Shown here one piece after another: positions 28,048 to 38,128 of a stretch of 64,000 nucleotides of DNA; position 1 is the stretch's first letter, and every line of letters starts with the position of its first letter. Origin of the DNA: an uncultured Bacilli bacterium (GTDB taxonomy: Bacteria; Bacillota_I; Bacilli_A; RF39; UBA660); the NCBI GenBank assembly GCA_947627995.1, contig CANQYE010000001.1, forward strand, positions 8,889 through 72,888. Direction: 5' to 3'. A program made the position numbers and the translations under genes. Under the pieces are notes generated by a model, which made no database searches, was not told where the DNA came from, and saw only the letters and a program-made list of their open reading frames with translations.

Positions 28048-29853
28048 ATGCAAAATTATAATTATAAAAATAGAAATGAAGTGCCAGAAAAGTACAAATG
28101 TGATTTATCATCATTATTTAAAAATGAAGAGGAATTTAATGAATGCCTTTTAGAAACACAAAAAGAAATATCTGAATTAAAAAAATTTAAAGGATGTACA
28201 AAAGATTCAGTTTTACTTTTTGAATTTTTAAAAGAAGAAACAAAAGTTATTGCCAAATTAGATAATTTATATACATATGCATCCTTAATGAATGATGTGT
28301 TATTAGGTAATTCTGCTAATATTGAAAGAAAAAATAAAGTGGAAATTTTAAATAGTGAATTTACATTAAATACTTGTTTCTTTGTGCCAGAATTATTAAA
28401 ACTTTCCAAAAAAGAATATCAATCTTTATTTAATAATAACCCTAGATTAAAAGAGTTTAAAGCAGAATTAGATGATACTTATAGATACAAAGAATATGCT
28501 TTATCAGAATCTGAGGAAAAAATACTTTCGGATTTAGTGCTTGCAACTGATCATTACGAAGATATCTCATCTACTCTTTTAGATAATGTCCATAATTATG
28601 GGAAAATTAAATTGCAAAATGGTGAAAGTGTAATAATCACTTCTAACAATTATCGTACTTTGCTTAAAAATAAAGATAAAATTATAAGAAAAAAAATATA
28701 TAATTCATATAATAAAACTCTTGATCAATATGGAGCAATATCTGCTGGTTTATTAAATAATTATATTAGTATGAATAATTCATTATCAAAATCACATCAC
28801 TATAAAAATAGTTGGGATGAAAAATTGTTCAATTATAACTTAAGTGATAAAGTATTTATAACATTAGTTGATACTATAGAAAGTAATTTAAAAATTTTAC
28901 AAAAATTTTATCAATTAAAAAGAAAAATTTTAAATTTAGATACTTTGCATAGTTATGATTTATATTTAGAGCCTAAAAAATCGAATAAAAACTATACAAT
29001 CGAAGAAGCACAAAAAATTACTATAGAGTCTTTAAAAGTTTTAGGAAATGAATATAGCTTAAAATTAAAAAAAGTATTTAATGATAGACATATTGATTAT
29101 TGTTCTTATAAAGGCAAATGGTCTGGAGGATATTGTACTTCTCCAATTAACAATAGTAGTAGAATATTGATGAGTTATACTAATGATTTAAAGTCAATAT
29201 CAACTATTGTTCATGAATCTGGACATGATGTTCATAGCCAATTCATTAATGAATTTAATCCATTACATTATCGTTTTCCGCAAACAATTGTTTGTGAAGT
29301 AGCATCATTGGTTAACGAATGTTTACTTTCATATTATATTGCAGAAAATGGAAAAACTAAAGACGAAAGATTATCAGGTATATATAATATTTTATCTGTT
29401 ATTGCATCAAATTTATTTGACGCAGTTAGAGAAGGAAAAAATGAGCAAGATATGTATGAAAGAGTATTTTCGGGTGATTATTTAACGAAAGATTATTTAG
29501 ATAATTTGACATATAAGTCATTAGAAAAATATTATGGTGATTCTCTGAAACTGGATAAATATTCTAAAAATTCTTGGATAACAAGATCACATTATTTTAA
29601 TAATTTTTATCTATATAGTTATGCTATTTGTATAAGTGTTGCTTCAAACGTAGCTTCTAAAATATTATCTGGTGATACAAAAATGTTAAATAAGTATATT
29701 GAATTTTTAAAACAAGGATCTGATAAGTGTCCAAAGGAAGCATTTGCTGTTTTGGGTATAAATTTGGAAGATAAAAGTGTTTATGAAAATGTAATTAAAT
29801 ATTTTGATTCATTAATTTCAAAATATTATGAAATTCTTGAAAAGGAGGAGTAA
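28048..29853 (+). CDS. pepF: Oligoendopeptidase F (M3B family)
   Basis: HESGH zinc motif. About 600 aa. The PepF N-terminal pattern is present. Confidence 0.8.
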   Translation: MQNYNYKNRNEVPEKYKCDLSSLFKNEEEFNECLLETQKEISELKKFKGCTKDSVLLFEFLKEETKVIAKLDNLYTYASLMNDVLLGNSANIERKNKVEILNSEFTLNTCFFVPELLKLSKKEYQSLFNNNPRLKEFKAELDDTYRYKEYALSESEEKILSDLVLATDHYEDISSTLLDNVHNYGKIKLQNGESVIITSNNYRTLLKNKDKIIRKKIYNSYNKTLDQYGAISAGLLNNYISMNNSLSKSHHYKNSWDEKLFNYNLSDKVFITLVDTIESNLKILQKFYQLKRKILNLDTLHSYDLYLEPKKSNKNYTIEEAQKITIESLKVLGNEYSLKLKKVFNDRHIDYCSYKGKWSGGYCTSPINNSSRILMSYTNDLKSISTIVHESGHDVHSQFINEFNPLHYRFPQTIVCEVASLVNECLLSYYIAENGKTKDERLSGIYNILSVIASNLFDAVREGKNEQDMYERVFSGDYLTKDYLDNLTYKSLEKYYGDSLKLDKYSKNSWITRSHYFNNFYLYSYAICISVASNVASKILSGDTKMLNKYIEFLKQGSDKCPKEAFAVLGINLEDKSVYENVIKYFDSLISKYYEILEKEE

Positions 29854-29856
29854 GAC

Positions 29857-30960
29857 ATGCAAAAAAAAGATTATTATGAAATATTAGGTTTACAAAAAGG
29901 TGCTAGTGAAGCAGAAATAAAAAGTGCTTTTCGTAAACTTGCGAAAAAATATCATCCGGATATTAATAAAGAAACAGGAAGTGAAGAAAAGTTCAAAGAG
30001 ATTTCGGAGGCTTATTCAGTATTATCTGATCCAGAAAAAAAAGCTAATTATGATAGATTTGGCCATGAAGGTGCTAATTTTGGTGGAGGAGCTGGATTTA
30101 GTGGTTTCCAAGGAGGTTTCGGAGACATTGATTTAGATGATATTCTTGGTGATTTATTTAACTTTGGATTTGGGCGTAGTAATAGAAGAAATTCTTCAAA
30201 ACGTCCTATGCCAGGGGAAGATGTATTAGTATCAATGAAATTAACTTTTGAAGAAGCAGTTTTTGGTTGTAAAAAAGAACTTTCTTTGACTTTAGATGAA
30301 ACATGTAAAAAATGTTCTGGATTAGGTGGACACGAAAAAGAAGATTGTCCTAAATGTAACGGACGTGGAAGAGTTATTAGTGAACAACGTACTATTTTTG
30401 GTGTATTTCAAAGTGAAACTACTTGTCCTAATTGCCATGGAGATGGATATATTTTTAAAACAAAATGTAATGCTTGCAAAGGTTTAGGCCATGTAAAAGA
30501 GAATAAAGATATTTTGGTTAATGTTCCATCAGGTGTTAATACAGGAAGTCGTCTTAAAATATCCGGGAAAGGTCCAGCTGGTCAAAATGGTGGAGAAAAT
30601 GGTGATATTTATATAGAATTTAAGGTAGCATCACATCCATTATTTGAACGTAATGAAAATGATATATATTTAACTATTCCTTTAACTATTACAGAAGCAG
30701 TGCTAGGAACTAAAAAAGAAATTCCTACTATTTATGGAAACGTTTATTTAGATATAAAACCAGGAACAAATACTAATGATAAATATCGATTAAAAGGTAA
30801 AGGTGTAGAAGTAAAAGGAAATAAAGGAGATATGTATGTTATAGCTAATGTAATTATACCATCGAAATTAACTAAGAAACAAAAAGAAATATTTAATGAC
30901 TTGAATAATACTGAACTAGACAATGATAGTGTTTTTAAAGAATTTAATAAATATTTATAA
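29857..30960 (+). CDS. dnaJ: Chaperone DnaJ
   Basis: J domain with HPD. G/F region. Four CxxCxGxG repeats. Confidence 0.9.
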   Translation: MQKKDYYEILGLQKGASEAEIKSAFRKLAKKYHPDINKETGSEEKFKEISEAYSVLSDPEKKANYDRFGHEGANFGGGAGFSGFQGGFGDIDLDDILGDLFNFGFGRSNRRNSSKRPMPGEDVLVSMKLTFEEAVFGCKKELSLTLDETCKKCSGLGGHEKEDCPKCNGRGRVISEQRTIFGVFQSETTCPNCHGDGYIFKTKCNACKGLGHVKENKDILVNVPSGVNTGSRLKISGKGPAGQNGGENGDIYIEFKVASHPLFERNENDIYLTIPLTITEAVLGTKKEIPTIYGNVYLDIKPGTNTNDKYRLKGKGVEVKGNKGDMYVIANVIIPSKLTKKQKEIFNDLNNTELDNDSVFKEFNKYL

Positions 30961-30969
30961 AAATACTTT

Positions 30970-31008
30970 CTCTAATAAATTTATTGTGTTACAATAAATT
31001 TATTAGAG
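30970..31008. terminator. Perfect 18-bp stem hairpin downstream of dnaJ
   Basis: CTCTAATAAATTTATTGT-gtt-ACAATAAATTTATTAGAG. T-run is weak. Confidence 0.45.
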
Positions 31009-31020
31009 GTTGATTTATTT

Positions 31021-31473
31021 ATGAATAATGTTATTAATAGTTTAAAAGGTGTAGCTACTTCGCTTACATGGATTGATATTGTATTTTTTTCTTTAATTAT
31101 TGTTTTAATACTTTCCTTTATTTTAATGATTTATTTTATGAAAATAAATAAAAAAATGCTTGAAGTAGAAATTGCAGAATCAGAAAAAAATGATACTAAA
31201 AATGCTAATACTTATTCTGATCCCGAGTATCAAAATATTGATTTAACAGAATATGAGCAAGCTCAAGAAGATGGTGCGGTAATCAGCTATAATGAACTTA
31301 TAAAAACAGTAAATAAAAAAGAAATTAAATATGATGAAAATTATAATTCATCATCTGATTTAGATATTAAAAAAATTAATATTGAAAATAATAGCGTAAA
31401 TGAAAAAAATCCTTATGAAAATGAAGAAAAATATTTAGAGTCTTTAATAGAATTGAATAAAAAATTAAATTAA
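31021..31473 (+). CDS. Hypothetical membrane protein (N-terminal TM, acidic tail)
   Basis: ORF of 150 aa. Hydrophobic segment at residues 20-40. Confidence 0.4.
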   Translation: MNNVINSLKGVATSLTWIDIVFFSLIIVLILSFILMIYFMKINKKMLEVEIAESEKNDTKNANTYSDPEYQNIDLTEYEQAQEDGAVISYNELIKTVNKKEIKYDENYNSSSDLDIKKINIENNSVNEKNPYENEEKYLESLIELNKKLN

Positions 31474-31546
31474 TAGCAAGTTACTTGCTTTTTTTCTTGA
31501 TAAAATATATTTTTACTTATAAAATATATAGGAAAAGGTGATTATT

Positions 31547-32845
31547 ATGAAAGTAAGTATAATTACTTTAGGTTGTAAAGTTAATATATATGAAAGTGAA
31601 ATGATTAAAAATAAATTTATTGATGCTGGTTATAAAATAGATGATGTTAATCCAGATATTATAATAATAAATACATGTTCGGTGACTAATAATGCAGATA
31701 GTAAAAGTAGAAAAATAATTAGAAGTAAAAGAAAACAATATGCTAATGCTATTTTGGTTGTATGTGGATGTATGAGTCAAAATCATCAGGAAATATTAAA
31801 TGATTTAAATATTGATATTTTAATTGGAAATAAAGATAAAAGTAATATTGTTTTATTTGTAGAAAAATTTAAAGAAAATAAAAAGAAATTAATTAATTTT
31901 GAAGATCCAAATAAATTTAGTTTTGAGGATATGCAAGTAGCAAAATTCCATAATAAGACAAGAGGTTTTGTCAAAATTCAAGATGGATGTAATAATTTTT
32001 GTTCATATTGTATCATACCATATTTACGCGGTAGGTGCCGTAGTAAAGATTTACATGTAGCTTTGAAAGAAATAGAAAATTTATGTAATAATAATCATCA
32101 AGAAATAGTATTAACTGGTATACATACAGGATTTTATGGTGAAGGGAAAGACTATAATCTTTCTATGTTAATGAATGAAGCATGCAAAATAAAAGAATTA
32201 AAACGTTTAAGAATTTCTAGTATTGAAATAACAGAGATAGATGATCAATTTTTAAATTGTTTAAAAGAAAATCCTAAAATATGTAATCATCTTCATATTC
32301 CTTTACAATCTGGAAGTGATAAAGTTTTAAAAGACATGAATCGCCGATATGATACCGCATATTTTTTAAATAAGCTTAATAAAATTAGACAGATAAGAAA
32401 AGATATTAATATTACTACTGATGTGATTGTTGGTTTTCCAACTGAAACAGATGAAAATTTTCATGAAACATTAAATTTTTGTAAAAAAGCAAAATTTTCT
32501 AAAATTCATGTTTTTCCTTATTCTAAAAGAAATGGTACAACTGCTGCTAATATAAAACCTATTTTAAATGAAAATGTTAAAAAGCAAAGGTCAAAAGAAT
32601 TACTTTTATTATCAGATAAGTTAGAAAAAAAATATAATGATCAATTTTTGAATAAAAATTTAATAGTATTAGTTGAACAAAATATTAATAATGAAACAAG
32701 TGTCGGACTAACTGATAATTATTTAAAAGTACATATTGATAGAAAAATAGAAACAAATAAAATGGTTGAGGTAAAAATATTAAGCGCTAAGTCTCATTAT
32801 GTAAATGCTAGATTTTCAAAAGAATTGATTAAATGCAATAATTAA
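31547..32845 (+). CDS. mtaB: MiaB-like radical-SAM tRNA methylthiotransferase (MtaB/YqeV type)
   Basis: UPF0004 N-domain Cys residues. CNNFCSYC radical-SAM motif. C-terminal TRAM-like region. Length about 430 aa. Context downstream of dnaJ. Confidence 0.65.
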   Translation: MKVSIITLGCKVNIYESEMIKNKFIDAGYKIDDVNPDIIIINTCSVTNNADSKSRKIIRSKRKQYANAILVVCGCMSQNHQEILNDLNIDILIGNKDKSNIVLFVEKFKENKKKLINFEDPNKFSFEDMQVAKFHNKTRGFVKIQDGCNNFCSYCIIPYLRGRCRSKDLHVALKEIENLCNNNHQEIVLTGIHTGFYGEGKDYNLSMLMNEACKIKELKRLRISSIEITEIDDQFLNCLKENPKICNHLHIPLQSGSDKVLKDMNRRYDTAYFLNKLNKIRQIRKDINITTDVIVGFPTETDENFHETLNFCKKAKFSKIHVFPYSKRNGTTAANIKPILNENVKKQRSKELLLLSDKLEKKYNDQFLNKNLIVLVEQNINNETSVGLTDNYLKVHIDRKIETNKMVEVKILSAKSHYVNARFSKELIKCNN

Positions 32846-32905
32846 AATATAATATCTATCTTGTAAAATTATTTAAAAATTTATATAATATTAATTGGTG
32901 ATAAT

Positions 32906-33367
32906 ATGAATCGCATTTTTATTCAAAACTATGAATGTAAATATGGTAAAGTAAAAGTAGATGCATCTAAATTCCCTTTAAACTTTAATAATATAAATTT
33001 TTCTCCCACTCAATATCAAATTTTATATTTGCATTTTGGAAAAATAAATCCGGATTTTTCTAATTACTTACAAAAAACGATTAATTTAGATTTATATAAT
33101 GTTGAAGAGTTAATTAATAATAAAAATTATAGCATTCTTGATAGCTTTATTAATAGGATTATACATGATTATGAAAATAATAGAGCTTTTATAGAAGCAA
33201 TTAATGGGCATTTAATTATAAAAGATAATTTAATTACTAATAATGCTCCAGTAAAAGATATTGCAAATGTTTATGCAGCTATTTTAGAAACAATAAAAAA
33301 ATATACAGATCAATCATTTACAATAGAAAGTATAGGTGATAATTATGAAATGCGAAAAATGTCATAG
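32906..33367 (+). CDS. Hypothetical protein (153 aa)
   Basis: ORF only. Confidence 0.35.
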   Translation: MNRIFIQNYECKYGKVKVDASKFPLNFNNINFSPTQYQILYLHFGKINPDFSNYLQKTINLDLYNVEELINNKNYSILDSFINRIIHDYENNRAFIEAINGHLIIKDNLITNNAPVKDIANVYAAILETIKKYTDQSFTIESIGDNYEMRKMS

Positions 33368-33608
33368 TATTATATCTAAAAATGATAAATTTTGTTCAAG
33401 TTGTGGATCAAAAATTAAGTTAAAAAATAATACAGAAACTCAAGTAGTAAAAAATAATACTCGTCCACTGTATATTTTAATTGCTATAATGGGAGGAATC
33501 ATTATTTTATTAACAATCATAGTATATATTTTAATTTTTAATACTTCGAGAGATGACACAAATTGTATAACTGATCGCTATATATATAATAATCCTTATG
33601 ATATATAA
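33336..33608 (+). CDS. Zinc-ribbon membrane protein (CxxC-x12-CxxC + TM)
   Basis: CEKCHSIISKNDKFCSSCGS followed by a hydrophobic helix. Overlaps the previous ORF. Confidence 0.4.
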   Translation: MIIMKCEKCHSIISKNDKFCSSCGSKIKLKNNTETQVVKNNTRPLYILIAIMGGIIILLTIIVYILIFNTSRDDTNCITDRYIYNNPYDI

Positions 33609-33630
33609 GGGTTTTTAAATAGGTGTTAAA

Positions 33631-35817
33631 GTGAATTACATAAAAGGCAAATTTAGAAATGTTATTTTTGAAAGTGAGAATGGCTATAAAATAGGTTTAT
33701 TTAGAATAAAAGAAACGAACGATGAAGAATTACGTGATTATATAAATAAAACTATTACTTTTACAGGGTATTTTGGTCAACTAAATGATAATGATACTTA
33801 TATTTTTTATGGAAAATTAAATAATCATCCTAAATATGGTATACAATATATAGTTAATAATTATGAAAAGGCTAAAATAGAAGGTAAAGATGCTGTAATT
33901 GAATTTTTATCAAGTTCTATAATAAAAGGCTGTGGGGAAAAAACAGCAATTAAAATTGTTGAAACTTTAGGTGAAAATGCAATAGAATTAATAAAAGAAA
34001 ATCCTCAAAATTTAATTTTAGTTTCTGGAATAAAATCTGATAAAGCAATGAAAATATATGATTCTATAATGAAATATGCTAGTACTGATGAGTTAATAAT
34101 TTATTTAAAAGGTTTAGGATTTTCAATGAAAGATTCTTTAAAATTAATTGAAAAATACAATGATAAAATAAAATCAATTATTGATGGGAATATATATGAA
34201 CTTGTAAATTTAATTGATTTTTCTAAACTAGATCATATTTATTTAAATTTTGGCCAACAAGATAGCGAGATAAGAATTTTAGCTTGTATTTTAGAAACTA
34301 TGAAAATAAAATCGAATGAAACAGGAGATACTTATTTTACTATTGATGAATTAAATAAATATTTAAAAAATTGTTTTAATATTGATATAAATATTAAAGT
34401 TTTTAAAAATTATTTGAGCAAATTAATAGAACAGAATAAAATAATAAATAGTGATGAGAAATACTTTTTATATGATTTATATTATTATGAAGTTAAAATT
34501 GCAGATAATTTAAAAAATATTTTTCAAAATCAATCTTTAAAGATTCCTTTTTTTGAAGAAACTTTAAAAACAATAGAAGAATTTTTACATATTAAATATA
34601 ATGATTTACAAAAAAAAGCAATTAAATCAGCTTTAGAGAATAATATCTCTATTATAACTGGTGGGCCAGGAACAGGGAAAACTACTATAATTGATGCAAT
34701 TGTAAAAGTTTATATAGAAATTAATAAGTTAAGTCATATTGATATACTAAATAATATTGCTTTATTAGCACCTACTGGTAGGGCAAGTAAACGATTAAGT
34801 GAAAAAACTAATCTTCCTGCAATGACTATTCATAGATTTTTAAAATGGAATAAAGAAAAAAATGAGTTTAAAATTAATAATGAAAATAAAAATTATCAAA
34901 GATTAGTCATTGTAGATGAAGTCAGTATGGTAGATACATTTTTAATGCATTCATTATTAGAAGGACTTACTAGTAATGTCAATCTAATATTTGTTGGGGA
35001 CGAAAATCAGTTGCCAAGTGTAGGATCAGGATTAATATTGGATGACTTAATTAAAAGTAATTTATTTAATCATGTAAGATTAGATTTAATATATCGTCAA
35101 AGTGTGAATTCTTATATACCATATCTTGCTAAAGAAATTAAAGAAAGAAAATTAACTGATTTTACTAAAATGGCAAGTGATTATAATTTTATTGAAGTAG
35201 ATAGTAGTAGTATTAAATTAATGATTGAAAAAATAATTAAAAAATCATTAGAAAAAGGGCTTAATGAAGATGATATCCAAGTGCTTATTCCAATGTATAA
35301 AGGAGAAAATGGAATTGATAATATAAATAAAGTTTTAAAAGAGTTATTTAATCCTAAAGATGAAAATACAAAAGAGTATGTTTATGGTGATATAACTTTT
35401 CGTATACACGATAAAGTCATTGAACTTTTAAATAAGCCAGATTGTAATATTTTTAATGGCGATATAGGTTATATTTGTAAAGTTTGGGAACAAAACAAAG
35501 ATAAATATGTAATTAGTGTTAATTTTGATGGTAATATTGTAGATTTAAAGAAAGATGATTTAAATACAATAAAACATGCTTATGCGATTACTATACATAA
35601 AAGTCAGGGTAGTGAATTTAAACATATTATATTTCCAATTGCTAAAGGATATAGCAGAATGCTTTATAATAAACTTATATATACAGGAGTTTCACGAGCA
35701 AAAAAATCATTGGTAATAATTGGAAAAAGTGATCTTTTTAAGGCCGCTGTTGATAATGATTATAGCGAGGTTAGAAAAACAGATTTACTTAATAAATTAT
35801 TGTATATTTTTAAATAA
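33631..35817 (+). CDS. recD2: RecD2-type ATP-dependent DNA helicase
   Basis: GTG start. Walker A GGPGTGKTT. RecD-like helicase motifs and an N-terminal OB-like domain. Confidence 0.8.
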   Translation: MNYIKGKFRNVIFESENGYKIGLFRIKETNDEELRDYINKTITFTGYFGQLNDNDTYIFYGKLNNHPKYGIQYIVNNYEKAKIEGKDAVIEFLSSSIIKGCGEKTAIKIVETLGENAIELIKENPQNLILVSGIKSDKAMKIYDSIMKYASTDELIIYLKGLGFSMKDSLKLIEKYNDKIKSIIDGNIYELVNLIDFSKLDHIYLNFGQQDSEIRILACILETMKIKSNETGDTYFTIDELNKYLKNCFNIDINIKVFKNYLSKLIEQNKIINSDEKYFLYDLYYYEVKIADNLKNIFQNQSLKIPFFEETLKTIEEFLHIKYNDLQKKAIKSALENNISIITGGPGTGKTTIIDAIVKVYIEINKLSHIDILNNIALLAPTGRASKRLSEKTNLPAMTIHRFLKWNKEKNEFKINNENKNYQRLVIVDEVSMVDTFLMHSLLEGLTSNVNLIFVGDENQLPSVGSGLILDDLIKSNLFNHVRLDLIYRQSVNSYIPYLAKEIKERKLTDFTKMASDYNFIEVDSSSIKLMIEKIIKKSLEKGLNEDDIQVLIPMYKGENGIDNINKVLKELFNPKDENTKEYVYGDITFRIHDKVIELLNKPDCNIFNGDIGYICKVWEQNKDKYVISVNFDGNIVDLKKDDLNTIKHAYAITIHKSQGSEFKHIIFPIAKGYSRMLYNKLIYTGVSRAKKSLVIIGKSDLFKAAVDNDYSEVRKTDLLNKLLYIFK

Positions 35818-35846
35818 TCAGGGGAAAATAATATTGAAGGAGTGAT

Positions 35847-36047
35847 ATGATGAAAGCAAGAACTTCAATAATGATGATGTTAAGTGGAATCGGTATAGGT
35901 GCTGCTTCTGCAACTTATTTAATGGCAAATAAGAATGTTAAAAACAAAGCATGTAAAGTTATGAACGATGCATTAGATCAAGTAGAAAATAAAATGACAC
36001 AAATGAATAATAAACAGGGGCAAAATAAAAATAAAAAAAGTAATTAA
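35847..36047 (+). CDS. Small membrane peptide (66 aa), basic Q/N/K-rich tail
   Basis: ORF with a TM segment. Own terminator downstream. Confidence 0.3.
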   Translation: MMKARTSIMMMLSGIGIGAASATYLMANKNVKNKACKVMNDALDQVENKMTQMNNKQGQNKNKKSN

Positions 36048-36060
36048 TAATATAAGTTTA

Positions 36061-36090
36061 AAATAGTATCTTAAAAGATACTATTTTAAT
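36061..36090 (+). terminator. Rho-independent terminator
   Basis: AAATAGTATCTT-aa-AAGATACTATTT then T-rich. Confidence 0.5.
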
Positions 36091-36188
36091 TTTATTACTA
36101 TTAATAAAATATATTTGTTCAATAAACAATAATTTAAATTTACTTTTTAATTTTTTTATTGTATATTTTAGTTATAAGGAATGATTTT

Positions 36189-37037
36189 ATGCGTGATATT
36201 TGGAATCCTTGGCATGGATGTAGAAAAAAATCATCTGGTTGTAAAAATTGTTATATGTATTATTTAGATAAAATTCATGGTTTGGATGGTTTTAATATAT
36301 ATAAAGTAAAAAGTAATTTTAATTATCCTATTCAGAAAGATATGCATGGAAATTATAAAGTCAAAAGCGGAGAAAAAATTAGAGTTTGCATGACTTCTGA
36401 TTTTTTTTTAGAAGAAGCTGATGAGTGGCGCAAAGATGCTTATGATATAATGGAAAAAAGAAAGGATGTAGTCTTTTGGCTACTTACAAAAAGACCAGAA
36501 AGGGTAAAAAATCATTTGCCTAAATATTTTGAAAATATTGCATTTAATGTAACTTGTGAAAATCAAGAAATGTGTGATGAAAGAATTCCTATATTACTTG
36601 ATTTACCATTTAAACATAAAGGTATCATGGTCGCACCATTTATTGGTAAAGTTGATATTTCGAAATATTTAAAAACTGGGAAAATTGAATATGTTTGTTG
36701 TGATGGCGAAAACTATGAAAATGCGCGCCCCTTGAATTATGAATGGGTTAAAAGTCTTTATGATCAATGTAAGAAATATGATGTTACTTTTGAATTTTTT
36801 GGAACAGGCAATATTTTTATTAAAAATAATAAAAAATATAGAATTTCTTCTGATCAACAAGGATTAATAGCTTATAAATCTGGACTACAATATCATGGTA
36901 AGAAAATAGTTTACGATTTAAAAATAAAAGAGCAAATGTCATTATTTTCTGAAAATGAAAATACTAATACAAAATGCAATACTTGTAATAGAAGATTTAC
37001 GTGTTCTAAAGAAAAAAATTGTGAAAAAACTATTTGA
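36189..37037 (+). CDS. DUF5131 (phage Gp37/Gp68 family) protein with C-terminal Cys-rich tail
   Basis: N-terminal MRDIWNPWHGCRKKSSGCKNCYM is the DUF5131 signature. C-terminal KCNTCNRRFTCSKEKNCEK. Confidence 0.6.
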   Translation: MRDIWNPWHGCRKKSSGCKNCYMYYLDKIHGLDGFNIYKVKSNFNYPIQKDMHGNYKVKSGEKIRVCMTSDFFLEEADEWRKDAYDIMEKRKDVVFWLLTKRPERVKNHLPKYFENIAFNVTCENQEMCDERIPILLDLPFKHKGIMVAPFIGKVDISKYLKTGKIEYVCCDGENYENARPLNYEWVKSLYDQCKKYDVTFEFFGTGNIFIKNNKKYRISSDQQGLIAYKSGLQYHGKKIVYDLKIKEQMSLFSENENTNTKCNTCNRRFTCSKEKNCEKTI

Positions 37038-37080
37038 GAAAAAAAATTATTTATAGTAAAATTATGATGAGGAGATAAGT

Positions 37081-37548
37081 ATGGAAATAGATGTAAGCAA
37101 GCTTAAATATGGAACAATTTCTAAAATAGCTATAAATGGTAGTTACAATATTCCAAAATTAATTATTAAACGCAAAGACATAATTGAAATTGCTGATGTC
37201 TTAGTTGATGGGTATTTAACTAATAACTATGATTTATATTTAAATGTTTCTACAACTATTAAAATGAATGACAGTCGTACATTAGAGCCAATTGATTTAA
37301 ATATTGATTTTTTAATTGATGAAAATATTGCTGAAAATGAAGAATATTTAAAAAATAATCAGAATAAACTTGATATTATAACCATTTTGTGGGAAAATAT
37401 TGTATTGGAAATTCCTATTCGTGTTGTTAGTGATGAAAATGAAGAATTCAAATTACAAGGTAATGGGTGGGAATTAACAGATGATAATAAGAAAATAGAT
37501 ACAAGATTAGCACCTCTTGCTGATTTGTTAAAAGAAAGGAAGGAGTGA
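37081..37548 (+). CDS. yceD: YceD/DUF177 family protein
   Basis: 155 aa acidic protein immediately upstream of rpmF, the conserved pairing. Confidence 0.7.
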   Translation: MEIDVSKLKYGTISKIAINGSYNIPKLIIKRKDIIEIADVLVDGYLTNNYDLYLNVSTTIKMNDSRTLEPIDLNIDFLIDENIAENEEYLKNNQNKLDIITILWENIVLEIPIRVVSDENEEFKLQGNGWELTDDNKKIDTRLAPLADLLKERKE

Positions 37549-37552
37549 TATT

Positions 37553-37795
37553 ATGGCAGTTCCTTTTAGAAGAACAAGTAAAACAAAAAAAAGAATGCGT
37601 CGTACACATTTAAAAAAAGATGAACCAACAGTTCTTTTATGTCCACAATGTAAAAGTCCGATAAAACCTCATCGTGCTTGTACAAAATGTGGCTACTATA
37701 AAGGCAAAAGTGTTATTAATACAGAAAATGCTGTAGTAGAAAATGCTAAGGAAGAAAAAGTAGAGAAAAAAAGTACTAAGAAAGCAGAAAAATAA
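37553..37795 (+). CDS. rpmF: 50S ribosomal protein L32 with Lys-rich C-terminal extension
   Basis: MAVPFRRTSKTKKRMRR and the CxxC...CxxC zinc ribbon. About 20 extra C-terminal residues. Confidence 0.85.
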   Translation: MAVPFRRTSKTKKRMRRTHLKKDEPTVLLCPQCKSPIKPHRACTKCGYYKGKSVINTENAVVENAKEEKVEKKSTKKAEK

Positions 37796-38040
37796 TTTTG
37801 CTTTTTTTAATGTTTTAATCCACTCGTTATTTTCAATTTTGAGTAATATAATATAGGAGATGGTAAATCTCTATGAAATTTTTAAAAAGTCTTCTTAGTA
37901 TAAAAACAATAATTAGTTTGCTTTTTAGCATTACAACTTGTATTTTAGCAATTAAAGGGTGCATAAAATCAGAAACTTTTCTTGCTATTATTATGGCTAT
38001 CATTACTTATTATTTTACTCGAAATAATAAAAGTGAGTAA

Positions 38041-38076
38041 GTTGTTAATCATATAGTTACGATTAACAACTTTTTT
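38041..38076 (+). terminator. Rho-independent terminator
   Basis: GTTGTTAATC-10 nt-GATTAACAAC then T6. Confidence 0.5.
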
Positions 38077-38128
38077 ATGGATTATAAATTATAAATAGTG
38101 TATAATAATAGTGTTTTAAGGTGATAAT

